A stretch of DNA of 56,047 bases, taken from contig JBEAYY010000002.1 of assembly GCA_041170365.1 (NCBI GenBank), positions 1-56,047 of the forward strand, read 5' to 3'. Below the pieces are notes generated by a model. That model was not told where the DNA came from and made no database searches. It saw only the letters and a list, made by a program, of their open reading frames with translations. This stretch comes from Actinomycetota bacterium. GTDB lineage: Bacteria; Actinomycetota; Actinomycetes; S36-B12; UBA5976. Shown here piece after piece: positions 1-10,734 of the stretch. The first letter of the stretch is position 1. Each line of letters begins with the position of its first letter. A program made the position numbers and the translations under genes.

Positions 1-405
1 TCCTTGCACAAATGGCAACGGTAACCAAATAAGTGAAATACCTTGAGATGCCATAACTGCTGCAGCTAAAGTTTGTCCAGCTAATTTTGTTGGACCATCA
101 ATCGACCATTTATCATCAATAGCACCTAACACAACCAAAATTGCGCAACCTGCAAGTAATGCTCTAATTTGTGAACCATCTTTAAAAACATTACTTATCA
201 AAGGTAATTGAGACGCTAAAGATAAACCTGCAAGTAAACCAAGAACCATAGCAAGACCACCTAGTCTTGGAATTGGTCTATCGTGCACATCTCTATCTCT
301 TACTTTTGCCATAAAACCAAAACGAAGAGCTAAATATCTAGCCATTGGAGTTGTTAAATAAGTAATAAAAGCAGTGGCAAGTAGAACTAGTAAATACTCA
401 CGCAC
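1..405 (-). CDS. wecA: MraY/WecA-family undecaprenyl-phosphate GlcNAc-1-phosphate transferase (5' part only, runs off the window edge)
   Basis: Not in the ORF track. Manual translation from GTG at 405: MREYLLVLLATAFITYLTTPMARYLALRFGFMAKVRDRDVHDRPIPRLGGLAM. The RDVH..PIPRLGG motif and the position after glyA match the actinobacterial rfe/wecA gene. Confidence 0.85.
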   Translation of the reverse strand, partial: MREYLLVLLATAFITYLTTPMARYLALRFGFMAKVRDRDVHDRPIPRLGGLAMVLGLLAGLSLASQLPLISNVFKDGSQIRALLAGCAILVVLGAIDDKWSIDGPTKLAGQTLAAAVMASQGISLIWLPLPFVQG

Positions 406-411
406 TATTAA

Positions 412-1674
412 TTAGCCTCTTTTATATGCAGGAAATGCTTTGCACAATTGATTAACTTCTTGTGCAACTTTATCTAATTCATTATCACTTTTAACTGCAC
501 GTGCAATGTATGAAGAGATTTTCTTCATTTCAGCAATTCCCATTCCTTGAGTTGTTACTGAAGGTGTTCCTACTCTGATACCACTTGCTGTCATTGGTGG
601 AAGTGGATCATTTGGGATTGGGTTTTTATTCAAAGTAATTCTTGCTTGATCACATCTTTTTTCTGCTTCTTTTCCTGTTACAGATAATGGCGAAATATCT
701 AGTAAAACTAAATGTGTGTCTGTTCCGCCACTTACCGGACGCATGCCTTCATCTTTTAAACCTTGTGAAAGTGCTTGCGCATTTTCAATAACTTTTTTGG
801 CATATTGTTGAAATTCAACTGTTGCACATTCTTTTAAGGCAACTGCTTTTGCAGCAACACCTTGCATTAAAGGTCCACCTTGCATCATTGGAAATACTGC
901 TTTATCAATAGCTTGGGCATGTTGAGCTTTACTTAAAAGCATTCCACCACGTGGCCCACGCAAAACTTTATGAGTTGTAAATGAAACAACATCTGCAAAT
1001 GGCACAGGACTTGGAATTGCTTTTCCTGCCACTAAACCAATGAAATGTGCAGCATCAACCCATAAAATTGCTCCGACTTCATCAGCAATTTCTCGCATAG
1101 TTTTGAAATCTATTAAACGAGGATAAGCAGTAGCGCCTGCCACAATCATTTTTGGTTTATGTTGTTTTGCTAAATCTCTTACATTGTCATAATCAATTAA
1201 TTCTGTTTTTGGATCAACAGAATATCCAATTGGGTTAAACCATTTTCCAGAAAAACTAACTGGTGAACCATGAGTCAAATGTCCACCTTGAGCAAGACTC
1301 ATTGCTAAAACAGTGTCACCTGGTTTTGTGAACGCACCATAAACAGCTAAGTTTGCATTTGCTCCAGAATGTGGTTGTAAATTTGCATGTTCTGCATCAA
1401 ATAATTTTTTTGCTCTTTCAATACCGATTAATTCTGCTTCATCAACAACTGAACATCCACCGTAATAACGTTTACCCGGATAACCTTCTGCATATTTATT
1501 ACTGAAAGTACTTCCCAGTGCTGCTAAAACTGCAGGGGATGTGAAATTTTCACTTGCAATTAATTGCAAGCCACCACGTGCTCTTTCTAATTCTTTTAAT
1601 AAAAGGGAGGCAATTTCTGGATCTTGATTTTCTAACTGGTCCCAATCTGGTCCCCAAAATGTTTCATTTGCCAT
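412..1674 (-). CDS. glyA: serine hydroxymethyltransferase
   Basis: LIASEN, NKYAEGYPGKRYYGG, GGHLTHG and TTHKVLRGPRGG (PLP lysine) motifs. Confidence 0.98.
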   Translation of the reverse strand: MANETFWGPDWDQLENQDPEIASLLLKELERARGGLQLIASENFTSPAVLAALGSTFSNKYAEGYPGKRYYGGCSVVDEAELIGIERAKKLFDAEHANLQPHSGANANLAVYGAFTKPGDTVLAMSLAQGGHLTHGSPVSFSGKWFNPIGYSVDPKTELIDYDNVRDLAKQHKPKMIVAGATAYPRLIDFKTMREIADEVGAILWVDAAHFIGLVAGKAIPSPVPFADVVSFTTHKVLRGPRGGMLLSKAQHAQAIDKAVFPMMQGGPLMQGVAAKAVALKECATVEFQQYAKKVIENAQALSQGLKDEGMRPVSGGTDTHLVLLDISPLSVTGKEAEKRCDQARITLNKNPIPNDPLPPMTASGIRVGTPSVTTQGMGIAEMKKISSYIARAVKSDNELDKVAQEVNQLCKAFPAYKRG

Positions 1675-1707
1675 TTTTATCTGCCCCTTAATTAAGTGTC
1701 TTTTAGT

Positions 1708-2355
1708 CTAGGACACAACCACTACATCAGGCACTACTTGACGAATTTCCTCAACAGAAACAACCCCTTGTCTAAGAATTCTTTTCTCACCATGTGAAAC
1801 ATCAATAATTGTCGAGGCAATATTTCCTGGGGTGTTACCACCGTCTAAATAAATAGTTACAGATTCTTGTAATTGATTAATTGCTTCTTCAACATTTGTC
1901 GCAGCTGGTTGTCCTGTTTTATTTGCACTACTTACTGCCATTGGACCAACTGCATTTAATAATTCAATTGCAACAGGATGAAGTGGCATTCGTAATGCCA
2001 CAGTGTTATTGGTTTCACCTAAATCCCAACTAAGTGTTGGTTGCATTTTTACAACAATTGTTAAACCACCTGGCCAAAAAGCTTCTGCTAATGATTTTGT
2101 TACCGAATCTAATTGAAAAGCTAAACCTTCCAATGCTTTTGCATGACCCACTAAAACCGGAATTGGCATATCACGGCCTCTACCTTTAGCGTTTAATAAT
2201 TTTTCTGGACCTTTCCTAGAAAAAGCATCGGTGCCTAATCCATAGACGGTATCTGTAGGAAAAACTACTAAATCTCCACGTCTTGCTGCAGCAATTGCTG
2301 ATTCCAAACCTGTTTTTCTTTCAAACTCATTTTGCATATCGAATTTACGAATCAT
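1708..2355 (-). CDS. tsaC: L-threonylcarbamoyladenylate synthase (Sua5/YrdC family)
   Basis: PTDTVYGL, KGR, FWPGGLT and SSAN motifs; follows prmC. Confidence 0.95.
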   Translation of the reverse strand: MIRKFDMQNEFERKTGLESAIAAARRGDLVVFPTDTVYGLGTDAFSRKGPEKLLNAKGRGRDMPIPVLVGHAKALEGLAFQLDSVTKSLAEAFWPGGLTIVVKMQPTLSWDLGETNNTVALRMPLHPVAIELLNAVGPMAVSSANKTGQPAATNVEEAINQLQESVTIYLDGGNTPGNIASTIIDVSHGEKRILRQGVVSVEEIRQVVPDVVVVS

Positions 2356-3248
2356 TTTTTAAAACCTACACAATATCTTGGCAAAGCATTTAAATCTTTA
2401 CGATCTTCAATCTTTTCAAAACAATTTGATGACTTTAATAAATATGGAACAGATAATTCATCATCGAGATTTCCTTGCAAATCAGAATGCTCAATAGCTA
2501 ATAGACCACCTGTTTTGAGTAATTTAGTTGCCTTTTCTACCACAACTCTAACTATCTCAAGTCCATCTTTTCCGCCATAAAGTGCTATGGCTGGATCGTG
2601 ATCTTTAACTTCAATTTCCTTTGGAACCATTTTTTCTGGAATATATGGCGGATTTGAAACCACAACATCGAATTGGTCTTCTAAATTTTTAATTTCAATA
2701 ACTTCAGAATTTACATCAGCATTTATTAGATGTACTTTTGAATTTTGTGACTTTATTTCATTCTCGTATTTAAGATAATTTGCTTCTAAATATTTAAATG
2801 CCTCCAAAGATTTTTCAATAGCAAATACTTCAACATTTGAACATTCTTTAGCAATAGACAGAGCGATTGAACCAGAGCCTGCGCAATAATCAACCACTAA
2901 AACTTTTTCTTGATTTTTATCCTTTATGTATCTAATTACTGATTCAACAAGAAGTTCTGTTTCTGGTCTGGGGATAAATACCCCTGGTCCCACATTTAAA
3001 ACTAGATATCTAAAACCCTGCTCTCCAATTAAATGTTGCAAAGGAATTCTTCTTACTCTTTTTTCAACTAATTTTTCAATTTCTCGATATTGTTCATCAG
3101 TTATTTCTGCAATTAAGCCCACACGATTTCTTGAAGTTTTTAAAACAAAAGCGACTAAACTTTCAGCATCAAATCTTGGGCTTGGAACGTTTGCGTTTTT
3201 TAAACGCAATTCGATATCAACAAGAACACTTCTTGTTACTCTACTCAA
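2352..3248 (-). CDS. prmC: release factor glutamine N5-methyltransferase
   Basis: [16 protein letters not shown] and SNPPY motifs; follows prfA. Confidence 0.96.
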   Translation of the reverse strand: MSRVTRSVLVDIELRLKNANVPSPRFDAESLVAFVLKTSRNRVGLIAEITDEQYREIEKLVEKRVRRIPLQHLIGEQGFRYLVLNVGPGVFIPRPETELLVESVIRYIKDKNQEKVLVVDYCAGSGSIALSIAKECSNVEVFAIEKSLEAFKYLEANYLKYENEIKSQNSKVHLINADVNSEVIEIKNLEDQFDVVVSNPPYIPEKMVPKEIEVKDHDPAIALYGGKDGLEIVRVVVEKATKLLKTGGLLAIEHSDLQGNLDDELSVPYLLKSSNCFEKIEDRKDLNALPRYCVGFKK

Positions 3249-4324
3249 CGAGTTTCTCCAACCTCAGCTAACTTTTGAGAAATTTCTTGATCAACACATG
3301 ATTGTAAAACTGGTCCTAAATCACCATTTAAAATTTGATCCAAATTATGTGATTTAAATCCAGTTCGATGATCTGTTAAACGATTTTCCGGAAAGTTATA
3401 AGTTCTAATTCTTTCTGATCTATCAACAGTTCTTACTTGGGATTTTCTTGATTCTGCATCTTTTGCTGCACGTTCTTCTTCAGCTGCAGAAAGTAATCTT
3501 GCTCTTAAAATTCTTAATGCACTTTCTTTATTTTGCAATTGACTTTTTTCATTTTGACAAGAAACAACTATGCCTGTTGGAATGTGAGTTATTCTTACTG
3601 CAGAATCTGTAGTGTTAACACTTTGTCCACCCGGACCACTAGAGCGATAAACATCGACTCTTAAATCTTCATTATTAATTTGCACATCAATTTCTTCTGC
3701 TTCTGGGAAAACTAGAACTCCAGCTGCTGAAGTGTGAACTCTTCCTTGTGATTCTGTAATTGGAACTCTTTGCACACGATGAACACCTCCTTCATGTTTC
3801 ATCCAGGCATAAGGAGCATCACCAACTTCAGTATTACCTCTTGCCTTAATAGCAATTGATGCATTTTTATATCCACCCATATCTGAATCAACTGCATCAA
3901 TTAATTCTGCCTTCCAACCTTTTTTCTCAGCAAATCTTAAATACATTCGAACTAAATCTCCTGCAAATAAAGCAGACTCTTCTCCGCCTTCACCTGATTT
4001 AACTTCTACGATTACATCTTTACCATCCATTGGATCTCTGGGAATAAGCATTTTTTGTAATTTTTCTGTCAATTCTTCAATTCTTACTGCAATTTTTTCA
4101 GCTTCTTGTCTAAAACTTGAATCATCATTAGCAAGTTCAAGAGCTGCTTCATGATCTTCAACTAGTTGTTGGTACTCACGCCAAGTTGCCACAATTGGTT
4201 TTAATTCAGCAAATCTTTTTCCCACAGCTTTCGCTTTATTTTGATCACTATGTAATTTTGGATCTGATAACTGATGTTCTAAGTCAACTAGTTCTGCTGC
4301 AAGGTCTACTACTCCTTCAAACAT
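3245..4324 (-). CDS. prfA: peptide chain release factor 1
   Basis: GGQ motif, [13 protein letters not shown] (PxT) and [11 protein letters not shown]. The likely start is ATG 4324, after GGAGGTG; the ORF track starts at GTG 4333, inside the SD. Confidence 0.97.
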   Translation of the reverse strand: MFEGVVDLAAELVDLEHQLSDPKLHSDQNKAKAVGKRFAELKPIVATWREYQQLVEDHEAALELANDDSSFRQEAEKIAVRIEELTEKLQKMLIPRDPMDGKDVIVEVKSGEGGEESALFAGDLVRMYLRFAEKKGWKAELIDAVDSDMGGYKNASIAIKARGNTEVGDAPYAWMKHEGGVHRVQRVPITESQGRVHTSAAGVLVFPEAEEIDVQINNEDLRVDVYRSSGPGGQSVNTTDSAVRITHIPTGIVVSCQNEKSQLQNKESALRILRARLLSAAEEERAAKDAESRKSQVRTVDRSERIRTYNFPENRLTDHRTGFKSHNLDQILNGDLGPVLQSCVDQEISQKLAEVGETR

Positions 4325-4346
4325 TTTTTTCACCTCCTTTTTTCTT

Positions 4347-4412
4347 TATTAAAAAACAAAACGCCGGTGATTCTTTAGATGCAAATTTTTGCAACTAAAA
4401 AGACCGACGTTT
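4347..4412 (-). terminator. long irregular stem-loop with U-tract downstream of rpmE
   Basis: Minus strand AAACGTCGGT...ACCGGCGTTT outer stem with inner TTTAG/CTAAA and TGCAAA/TTTGCA pairing, followed by TGTTTTTT. Confidence 0.7.
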
Positions 4413-4423
4413 AGTTAGTTAAG

Positions 4424-4639
4424 CTATTTTTTTGCTTGTTTACCGTAACGTTTCTCGAACTTAGAAACGCGACCTGCGGTATCCAAAATCTTTTGTTTAC
4501 CTGTAAAGAATGGGTGACATTGATTGCAAATTTCTGCATGCATCTGTCCATTTTTTACAGTGCTACGTGTTTTGAATGTGTTACCGCATGAGCAAGTAAC
4601 AGTTGTCTCCACGTACTCTGGATGAATTTCTGCCTTCAT
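4424..4639 (-). CDS. rpmE: 50S ribosomal protein L31, zinc-binding type A
   Basis: [12 protein letters not shown]...[19 protein letters not shown]. Confidence 0.97.
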   Translation of the reverse strand: MKAEIHPEYVETTVTCSCGNTFKTRSTVKNGQMHAEICNQCHPFFTGKQKILDTAGRVSKFEKRYGKQAKK

Positions 4640-4676
4640 CTTTTCTTATCTCCGATTTCTTTTCGGTAACCAAATC

Positions 4677-6251
4677 TTATTCGGTTGCTTCCCCATTAGC
4701 GGTTGGGGTGGTCTTTTGTACTTGAATGAGGAACTCAAAGTTGGTTTTTGTGTCACGCAACTTGTTGAGTAGTAGCTCAATTGCTTGTTGTGGCTCTAGA
4801 GCATGTAGCACTCTTCTTAGAGTCCAAATTACTTTCAATTCTTCTTGAGAAAGAAGAATTTCTTCTTTTCTAGTACCTGATGCATCAACATCAACTGCTG
4901 GGAATATTCTTCGATCAGCAAGTTTGCGATCAAGTTTTAATTCCATATTTCCAGTACCTTTGAATTCTTCGAAGATAACTTCGTCCATACGAGATCCTGT
5001 TTCAACCAATGCTGTGGCAATGATTGTTAAAGATCCACCATTTTCAATATTTCTTGCAGCACCAAAGAATTTCTTTGGAGGATAAAGTGCAGCTGAATCA
5101 ACACCACCAGAAAGAATTCTTCCTGAAGTCGGAGCTGACAAGTTATATGCACGACCTAAACGAGTCATGGAATCAAGCAAGATCACAACATCGTGACCCA
5201 TTTCCACTAAACGCTTTGCTCTTTCAATTGAAAGTTCAGCAACAGTTGTGTGATCTTCTGCAGGTCTATCAAAAGTAGACGCAATAACTTCACCTTTAAC
5301 AGAACGTTGCATATCGGTAACTTCTTCAGGACGTTCATCAACTAAAACAACCATCAAGTGAACTTCTGGATTATTTGTTGTAATCGCATTTGCAATTGCT
5401 TGTAAAACCATAGTCTTACCAGCTTTTGGAGGAGAAACAATTAATCCACGTTGACCTTTACCAATTGGGGCAACTAGATCAATAACTCTGGTGGTTAAGT
5501 TTGACGGATCTGTTTCTAATCTCAATCTTTCTTGAGGATAAAGCGGAGTAAGTTTTGAAAAATCTAATCTCTTTGCTGATTCTTCTGGAGTTAAACCATT
5601 AATAGTTTCAACTCTTACTAGAGGATTAAATTTTTGTCTTTGTTCGCCTTCTTTTGGTTGACGTATTGAACCAGTTACTGCATCACCTTTTCGTAAACCG
5701 TATTTACGAACTAATCCCATAGAAACATAAACATCGTTTGGTCCAGGTAAATATCCTGAAGTTCTAACAAATGCATAGTTTTCTAATAGATCAATAATTC
5801 CTGCTACAGGAAGTAATACATCATCTTCTTTAATTTCGTAATCTTCGCGTTCTCTTCTGTTACCGCGATCTCTGAATCTGCTTCTGCCATTGCGGTCATT
5901 TCGATCATTGCGATCTCCACGATCGTTTCGATCGTTTCTATCGCCTCGATCATTTCGATCGTTTCTTCTAAATCCTCGATCTTCTCTCGAATAGTTTCTT
6001 TCTTCTCTATTAAATGAGCGATCATCTTCGCGATCTTCGCGAGGAGTTCTTACTTCTACTTCTTCTCTATATTCTTCAATTACATCGTCTTCTGGAATGT
6101 CAGAAGTTGTCATATTTTTCTTTCCACCGTTTCCGTGTTGTTCGATAGCTTCAATCAATTCACTTTTTCGCATAGTTGCAGAATCAGGAATTCCTAAGCC
6201 GGCAGCAACTTGCCTTAATTCTGGCAAGAGCATTGAGGAGGTGTCAGTCAC
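4677..6251 (-). CDS. rho: transcription termination factor Rho with N-terminal charged insertion
   Basis: [37 protein letters not shown] and EEFKGTGN motifs. Likely start GTG 6251 after GAAAGGA; the ORF track starts at 6272. Confidence 0.97.
   Translation of the reverse strand: MTDTSSMLLPELRQVAAGLGIPDSATMRKSELIEAIEQHGNGGKKNMTTSDIPEDDVIEEYREEVEVRTPREDREDDRSFNREERNYSREDRGFRRNDRNDRGDRNDRNDRGDRNDRNDRNGRSRFRDRGNRREREDYEIKEDDVLLPVAGIIDLLENYAFVRTSGYLPGPNDVYVSMGLVRKYGLRKGDAVTGSIRQPKEGEQRQKFNPLVRVETINGLTPEESAKRLDFSKLTPLYPQERLRLETDPSNLTTRVIDLVAPIGKGQRGLIVSPPKAGKTMVLQAIANAITTNNPEVHLMVVLVDERPEEVTDMQRSVKGEVIASTFDRPAEDHTTVAELSIERAKRLVEMGHDVVILLDSMTRLGRAYNLSAPTSGRILSGGVDSAALYPPKKFFGAARNIENGGSLTIIATALVETGSRMDEVIFEEFKGTGNMELKLDRKLADRRIFPAVDVDASGTRKEEILLSQEELKVIWTLRRVLHALEPQQAIELLLNKLRDTKTNFEFLIQVQKTTPTANGEATE
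5883..5963 (-). repeat. in-frame tandem repeat encoding [27 protein letters not shown] inside Rho
   Basis: Nine 9-nt units with synonymous codon variation (AAC GAT CGA / AAT GAT CGA / GGC GAT AGA ...). Confidence 0.9.
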
Positions 6252-6443
6252 CTTGAAAATATTTCCTTTCAATTTCTTTCACAAAAATTAACCATGAAGG
6301 ATTCTTATGAGAGATCCGGACCTGTTTATTTTGGTTTTAAAAGTTAGCTGTTGATTTTTTTTGCCATCTTTGGCCAAGATCGGCCGGACATATAAAAGAC
6401 TAGCAGATTTGGGTTAAGTCTTCCAGCCTTGGGGATATCTCCT

Positions 6444-7346
6444 CTAGGAGATAGTGGCTCCGGTTGCTGAAAAACTTAATTGTTGAACTTCAAATTCATC
6501 TGAAACCATAGATAAAACTTCCTCTAAATTTGTCGAATTTGTTAAAACACAAACACTGGGTCCAGAACCTGAAATAAATGCGGCATGTTTCTTATTTCGT
6601 AATTGTGTAACTAAAGCCGTTGATGATTGCATGGCAGGTCTTCTATATTCCTGATGAATTCGATCTGCTGTTGCTTCAAATAAATAATCAGGTTCTTGGC
6701 TTATTGCATGAACTAAAAGAGCGCTTCTGGATAAATTAAATGCCGCATCTTTATGAGGAACGTGAGTTGGCAGTAAAGCTCTTGCTTGCTCTGTATCAAC
6801 TACAAATTTTGGAATAAAAACAACTGGAATTATTGAAGGATGTGGAGTTAATTTAATTGCTTTTGCTAAAGAGTTTTCATCAATCCAAGAAACAGTAAAA
6901 CCACCATGTAAGCAAGCTGCCACATTGTCAGGATGTCCTTCAATTGCACTTGCAAGTTCTACAACTCCTGCATCATCCATTCTGGTTCCTTGAGTTCCTG
7001 CTAAAGCTCTAGCGGCAACAACTGCTGCGGTTATTGCTGCAGCAGAAGAACCAAGACCTCTTCCATGTGGAATTCGATTTATACAACGAATATAAAGTCC
7101 GTTAACTGGAACAGAAAGATATGAAAAAGTTTTTAACATCACATTTGCAATTAGATGATTTTCATCTCTTGGTAATGAATTTCTGCCCTCTCCATCAACA
7201 TCAACCAAAACACCTGGTTTATCAGTAAATGAAGCTTCTACTTCATCAAATAATGAAAGTGCAATACCTAAAGAATCAAATCCAGAACCTAAATTTGCAC
7301 TAGTGGCAGGAACCACAACGCGAACTGCACCTGAAAATTTACTCAT
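6444..7346 (-). CDS. thrB: homoserine kinase
   Basis: VPATSANLGSGFD, PHGRGLGSSAAA, EGHPDN and SGSGPS motifs. Confidence 0.96.
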   Translation of the reverse strand: MSKFSGAVRVVVPATSANLGSGFDSLGIALSLFDEVEASFTDKPGVLVDVDGEGRNSLPRDENHLIANVMLKTFSYLSVPVNGLYIRCINRIPHGRGLGSSAAAITAAVVAARALAGTQGTRMDDAGVVELASAIEGHPDNVAACLHGGFTVSWIDENSLAKAIKLTPHPSIIPVVFIPKFVVDTEQARALLPTHVPHKDAAFNLSRSALLVHAISQEPDYLFEATADRIHQEYRRPAMQSSTALVTQLRNKKHAAFISGSGPSVCVLTNSTNLEEVLSMVSDEFEVQQLSFSATGATIS

Positions 7347-8417
7347 TTAAAACCCTAAAGCACTTGCTGCAGATTTTGCATCAACAGAAACTTTAATTGG
7401 ATCTTTTGCACCCTCTAATGCCCAGTGTGGATCTTTCAAGCCATTTCCTGTAACAGTTATTACTATTACTTTGTCTTTTGGTAATTCATTTTTTTCTTTC
7501 AACATAAGTAATCCAGCAACACCTGCTGCTGAAGAAGGTTCAACAAAAACTCCTTCTTTTTCAGCTAAAAGATGATAACTTTTTAAAATTTGTTCATCAG
7601 TAACTTTGTCAATTCTTCCTTTTGATTCTTCTTTTGCATTTAATGCTTGCTGCCATGATGCAGGATTACCGATTCTTATTGCAGTTGCAATAGTTTCTGG
7701 TTTTTCAACAATTTTTCCATCAACTATTGGTGAAGCTCCTGCTGCTTGAAATCCCCACATTTGTGGCAACTTAGATGAAATTGAATCATTTTTATATTCG
7801 ACATAACCTTTCCAATACGCAGTTATGTTTCCAGCATTTCCTACAGGTAACACATGTAAATCTGGTGCATCACCTAAACGATCAATTACTTCAAATGATG
7901 CTGTTTTTTGTCCTTCAATGCGATCTGGATTAACTGAATTAACCAAAGCAACAGGATAATTTTCGGCTAAATCTTTTGCTAAAACTAAACAATCATCAAA
8001 ATTTCCTTGAACTTGCAAAACTTTAGCGCCATGCACAATTGCTTGAGCAAGTTTTCCCATCGCAATTTTTCCATCAGGAATCAAAACTGCACTTGTCATT
8101 CCAGCTTTAACGGCATAAGCAGTTGCAGAAGCTGAAGTATTTCCAGTGGATGCGCAAATTACTGCTTTTGCGCCATTTTCTGCAGCTTTAGAAATTGCTA
8201 CAGTCATACCACGATCTTTGAAAGATCCAGTTGGATTCATACCTTCAACTTTTAAATAAACCTGATTATTTAGCATTTCACTTAAAGTGCAGGCATAAAC
8301 AAGTGGAGTGCCACCTTCTCCCAAAGTAACAATCGGAGTTTTGGAATTTATTGGAAGACGATTTTTATATTCTTCAATAACTCCACGCCATTGATGTGTT
8401 GTTGTGGTCATGGACAT
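7347..8417 (-). CDS. thrC: threonine synthase
   Basis: [10 protein letters not shown] (PLP lysine), ASTGNT and PVGNAGN motifs. Confidence 0.97.
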   Translation of the reverse strand: MSMTTTTHQWRGVIEEYKNRLPINSKTPIVTLGEGGTPLVYACTLSEMLNNQVYLKVEGMNPTGSFKDRGMTVAISKAAENGAKAVICASTGNTSASATAYAVKAGMTSAVLIPDGKIAMGKLAQAIVHGAKVLQVQGNFDDCLVLAKDLAENYPVALVNSVNPDRIEGQKTASFEVIDRLGDAPDLHVLPVGNAGNITAYWKGYVEYKNDSISSKLPQMWGFQAAGASPIVDGKIVEKPETIATAIRIGNPASWQQALNAKEESKGRIDKVTDEQILKSYHLLAEKEGVFVEPSSAAGVAGLLMLKEKNELPKDKVIVITVTGNGLKDPHWALEGAKDPIKVSVDAKSAASALGF

Positions 8418-8421
8418 AAAA

Positions 8422-9714
8422 CTAGTTTTCGCCTTCTACTCTCATATAGTCAGAAATTTCTTTGACTGAATCAAGGTTTTTTAATTCATCAAGTGTTTTT
8501 GCTAAGTCTTTTTCTAATGCTTTGTGAGTTTTGATGACAAGTTGTGCATCATTAACTAAACCATCTTGTCGAACAGTTTCAATAGAAACATTGTGATCAG
8601 CAATTTTTTGACTAATTTGTGCTAAGACACCAGGCTTATCTGCCACTTGCAAAGAAATATAGTAACTAGTTTGTGCTTGACCAATTGGTTTAATTTCAAG
8701 ATCAGCATAAATACTTTCACCAGGTCCACGATTTCCACTCATTTTATTTCGAGCAACAGCGACAACATCACCTAAAACAGCAGATGCAGTTGGTGCACCT
8801 CCTGCACCTTGTCCATAAAACATTAAAGATCCAGCAGCTTCTGCGACCACAAATACTGCATTAAATGCTTCTCGCACACTTGCAAGTGGATGACTACGAG
8901 GAATCATTGCAGGATGAACTCTTACTACAACAGAATCATCATCAAGTCTTTCAGAAATTGCTAATAATTTAATTACATATCCCATTTCTTTTGCAGCCAA
9001 AACATCATTAGCTGAAACTTTGGTAATTCCTTCTACAAATACATCATCAATTGTTACTCGAGTATGAAATGCAAGTTGAGCTAAAATTGCTGCTTTTGCT
9101 GCTGCATCATGACCTTCCACATCTGCAGTTGGATCTGCTTCTGCATATCCAAGTTTTTGTGCTTCTTGAAGTGCATCTTTGAAACTTGCTCCAGTTTCAT
9201 CCATTTTGGTCAAAATATAATTTGTTGTGCCATTAACAATTCCTAAAACTTTTAATACTTTGTCGCCAACTAATGACTCTCTTAAAGGTCGTAAAAGTGG
9301 AATTGCTCCTGCCACACTTGCTTCAAAATAAAGATCAACATTATTTTTTTCAGCTGCTGCATACAAAGTTGCACCATCTTTAGCAAGTAATTCTTTATTT
9401 GCAGTAACTACACTGATACCTCTAGACATTGCATCCAAGATATGAGTTCTGGCAGGTTCAATCCCACCCATCACTTCAACCAAAATGTCTATATCCTTAG
9501 CAATCAATTCTGAAATATTGCTTGTAATTAATTCTTGAGGAATTCCAGGTCTAGGTTTTGAAGAATCTTTAACACCGATTCCTACAAGTTGAAGTGGTGC
9601 ACCACTTCTTGCTTTTAAATCTTCAGCCTGGTCAATAAGAAGTGAGGCAACTTTTGAACCAACAGTGCCTGCACCAATTAGGGCAATACGTATTGGACGA
9701 TTGTCATTTTTCAT
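8422..9714 (-). CDS. hom: homoserine dehydrogenase with C-terminal ACT domain
   Basis: [35 protein letters not shown] and DKPGVLA (ACT). Likely start ATG 9714 after AAAGGGA; the ORF track starts at 9801. Confidence 0.96.
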   Translation of the reverse strand: MKNDNRPIRIALIGAGTVGSKVASLLIDQAEDLKARSGAPLQLVGIGVKDSSKPRPGIPQELITSNISELIAKDIDILVEVMGGIEPARTHILDAMSRGISVVTANKELLAKDGATLYAAAEKNNVDLYFEASVAGAIPLLRPLRESLVGDKVLKVLGIVNGTTNYILTKMDETGASFKDALQEAQKLGYAEADPTADVEGHDAAAKAAILAQLAFHTRVTIDDVFVEGITKVSANDVLAAKEMGYVIKLLAISERLDDDSVVVRVHPAMIPRSHPLASVREAFNAVFVVAEAAGSLMFYGQGAGGAPTASAVLGDVVAVARNKMSGNRGPGESIYADLEIKPIGQAQTSYYISLQVADKPGVLAQISQKIADHNVSIETVRQDGLVNDAQLVIKTHKALEKDLAKTLDELKNLDSVKEISDYMRVEGEN

Positions 9715-9780
9715 GATTATCGTCCCTTTTGAGAAGTAGGTATGTCTAAGTCTCTCACTATGTATATGGTGCAATGTGGT

Positions 9781-10734
9781 GTGGCCACTGAAGTTAAGCA
9801 AATAACCAGCAAAGTTTGGATAGCCCTTACCACTGTTTACATAGTTTGGGGTTCAACTTATTTAGGAATTGCTTTAGTTATTGATTCTGCTCCTCCACTT
9901 ACTTCAATGGGAATTAGATTTATTACTGCCGGTCTAATTCTTGCGATAATTCTTTCCATTTTTAAATCAAAAAAAGTTATGAAAGTAAAGAAAAATGAAT
10001 TACTTTCATCAATATTTTTAGGTGGATTATTACTTGGCTTTGGAATTGGAAATTTAACTTTAGCTGAAAGATATGTTCCATCTGGTATTGCAGCACTAAT
10101 TATCGCTGCTTTACCTATTTGGGTAACAATTTTTCAAGCACTAGTTGGAATTAAACATAAAAAAATTACACTCATAGGAATATTTATTGGCTTAATTGGT
10201 GTGGCAATAATTGTTCTTCCAGGAGGAACTGGTCCTGCACCAGGAGCAGATCCTTCAAAAGTTAAATTCTGGATGTTGATGATTCTTATAGGAAATATTG
10301 CTTGGGCATTTGGAACATTTATGACTCAAAGAATTCCAATTCCAAAAGATCCATTTGTTTTAACTTCTTATGAAATGCTATTTGGTGGCATTGCATTGAC
10401 TGTTGCAGGTTTTATTCGAGGAGAAAAAGTTAATTTACAAGTTATTTCTGAAATGACATTAACTTCAAAATGGGCTTGGGTTTATATGGTTTTAATTGGC
10501 TCAATTGTTGGATATGGTGCATATATTTGGCTACTTAACAATGCATCACTTTCACTTGCCTCAACTTATGCATATGTAAATCCAGTTGTTGCTGTGCTTT
10601 TAGGATTTTTAATTTTAAGTGAACCTTTAAAGTGGCCACTTTTTGTTGGTGGTTTAATTATTTTAACTGGTGTGGCATTAATTGTTAATGGAGAAAGATT
10701 TACATCAAAGGATCTGTTGCAAAAAGATCTTTAA
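9781..10734 (+). CDS. EamA/DMT-family transporter (YedA-like)
   Basis: YIVWGSTY and YAYVNPVVAV motifs with about 10 hydrophobic segments. Start uncertain (GTG 9781 preferred; ORF track 9742). Confidence 0.9.
   Translation: MATEVKQITSKVWIALTTVYIVWGSTYLGIALVIDSAPPLTSMGIRFITAGLILAIILSIFKSKKVMKVKKNELLSSIFLGGLLLGFGIGNLTLAERYVPSGIAALIIAALPIWVTIFQALVGIKHKKITLIGIFIGLIGVAIIVLPGGTGPAPGADPSKVKFWMLMILIGNIAWAFGTFMTQRIPIPKDPFVLTSYEMLFGGIALTVAGFIRGEKVNLQVISEMTLTSKWAWVYMVLIGSIVGYGAYIWLLNNASLSLASTYAYVNPVVAVLLGFLILSEPLKWPLFVGGLIILTGVALIVNGERFTSKDLLQKDL

Noticed and set aside
5883-5963. Repeat array as CRISPR or VNTR
   Set aside because: The 9-nt units are in frame within rho, have no spacers and are synonymously diverged, and there are no cas genes.
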